NCBI GenBank assembly: GCA_964106915.2
Contig: OZ066922.1
Direction: 5' to 3' (one strand)
DNA from: Podarcis gaigeae
Taxonomy: Eukaryota
Length of the DNA: 64,000 nucleotides
Within the stretch, counting starts at the first letter, position 1; each line of letters starts with the position of its first letter. Below are positions 61,978-64,000 of the stretch, one piece after another. A program made the translations under genes and the position numbers. A model generated the notes under the pieces. The model was not told the DNA's origin, ran no database searches, and was given only the letters and a program-made list of their open reading frames with translations.

Positions 61978-64000
61978 TAGTCATACCATGTACTGCAACT
62001 GCTACTATTTTCCAGGGACAATCACCCATGTTCTTGAGACCCATCCCTGGAAAATTGCTGCCCTTCTTTTGTTCCAATTTCAACTGTGACTTTAGGGGAG
62101 ATCTGAGAAGTCTTTTAAGACATTTTGCTAGTGTGCATTAGAGTAATCCAGGTAGCATATGCCTGATTCTTGGCATGAGAATAGGGGTGCCGTAAATGCA
62201 CAAAAGTATTCCCATTTTCATTGTGAAATGCTTGAGGGTAACTCATGTTGATCCAAGCAAAATTTAGCATGCTACTTTTTGGACCCATTTTTAAATCTGA
62301 TGTGGAGGGGGCTGCTGATTTATTTCAATGTGTGCGGGTATTATTTATGAAAAAGGCTTCCTATATATTTATGAATGCATCTCAGTCACTCACAAATCTT
62401 CAACATCTACAGAGGAATTAAAGGCAGTAAAAGTAGAGTAGAAAGAGATGAGGGCAGCATAAGAATATATATTTTTTTCTAGATTTCTGTCAGCCAGTGC
62501 ATAATCACGTGTGGACTTTTTGAGGTTTCTTTTTCCAAGTTGGGAGCATGACTGTGTATGTTTCCCCCCCGCCCAAAGCAGCCAGAAGTATGTGCCTGTA
62601 GCGTAGTTCAAACTTCAGTGTTTGGTGTCATTAATTCCCCCGCAAATCTGAAATCCAGTGTTAAGTCTAGAGCAGCAACAACCAAAGATCTCTGTCAGCA
62701 CTTTGTGAACTTTGTGTCAGGAAGATAGATGACATCAGAGCATATTTTCCCCGAGGCACATTTACTTACTTATTTCCCTCCCTCCTTTCTTTTTCTTCTT
62801 CTTCCTCTCCCTCTCTCTTCCTTCTCCCACTTCTCTCTCTCTATCCCCCCCCCCCCCGAATACCAGCATAAATGGATTTAGCTCAAACTGATGAAACAAG
62901 ATCTTTCCAGTCGCTTGATATGGTATGTGTTAATGATGTTGTGAAGCAATTATGGGGCTGTGATCAACAGCCTTGGAATTGTGCTATCTATTAACCTGTC
63001 AACAAATATCACCCGAGTCAGTGTAAATGTTCCTCTATTAATGGCTTAAACGAACACATTACAGGTGACTCCTTGTTGTACAAGAGACTTCAGAAGCTGT
63101 ACAATATAAGCCATCAAGTGTTTCCATACCCTCCTCTCCAACCCAACTTGTTCAATTCATCTGCATTTAACATGAATAAAACAGGGAGAGGCTTTGCTCA
63201 CTTTCATCTCTTGTGAAAACAGATGCACCAGTCAACTTTCTATTTCAACATGTGATGTAGAATTGGATCCCGAATATGCACACCAGCTTCGAGAACTTCT
63301 TTTGTGGCCAAATTACACGTTACAAAGGAGGAAACAGAGATTGGTCTAATTATTTTCCCTCAAACCAAATACAATTACAGAGGGATGTCACTAATTTGAT
63401 TTGATAAGTGGTCTGGGGGCTATTTAGCCTTTTCCTTAGTGACATCTTACTGATCCAAATTTCCCCGACCAGACTGCTGTTTTGCTCCATGATGGGAGAA
63501 ACGATAGTCACTCCACCCCCACGTCCCACTGGATCAAATGGAGAAAGTGGTTTGCACTGGGGAAAATGGCACAAGCAGAAAGCTTAAAAGGAGATAAATG
63601 AATTTAGGGAAAGCAAAGCAAAGTTGGAAGATCAATCATGGATCTCCTGGCCAAACAGCGTCACTTGGCCCTGAGAGAGTAGATTACAAAGTTAGATATT
63701 TAAAAACAGGATCTAGTAAAGAGGAAAGTTTGAAGCATGTAGTATTTGTATTTTCCCCATCATGGTTCTATATTGTAGGTTTTGCTACTTAGTTTCAGCA
63801 CCACAATAGTGAGTTGAATTTCAGGGGAAATCCACCATTAAACATAGTGAGATGGAATGTTCCATCTATTATTATCATAGGCTTGTGTACACATGGAATT
63901 TTATTTTAAAATCAATGGAGACTGAGTACTTGCTTTTTCTATGGAATCCACACACCATCTAGATCTAGTGCAGGAATTGAGGAAGTTACAACTTGTGCTG

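Overview
This is repeat-rich, non-coding vertebrate DNA from a squamate. A lacertid lizard is likely, judging by Sauria SINEs with (ACCTTT)n tails, Bov-B, squamate-type L1/CR1/L2 fragments and a tRNA-derived SINE with a (TTC)n tail. I found no convincing host protein-coding exon: the listed ORFs are either retroelement/transposase remnants or chance ORFs. The window holds a decayed full-length mariner (DD34D), three 5'-truncated L1s, CR1/L2/RTE-X/Bov-B fragments, six Sauria SINEs, five probable solo LTRs and many hAT- and Tc1/mariner(Tigger)-type MITEs, many with readable target-site duplications (TSDs). There is also a 657-N assembly gap. The most unusual features are (1) an isolated 179-bp near-perfect palindrome at 5125-5303; (2) a 148-bp, 100% identical copy of sequence from 33991-34138 inserted inside a neighbouring MITE at 32410-32557; (3) a composite MITE + LINE-tail element with a duplicated terminus, in three copies; and (4) an exact-core REST/NRSF RE1 site, a candidate 30-nt exon and an antisense bias of L1s/LTRs, which together hint at an intron of a + strand neuronal gene. 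I do not see a new multi-gene system. Family names come from recognition, not database searches.
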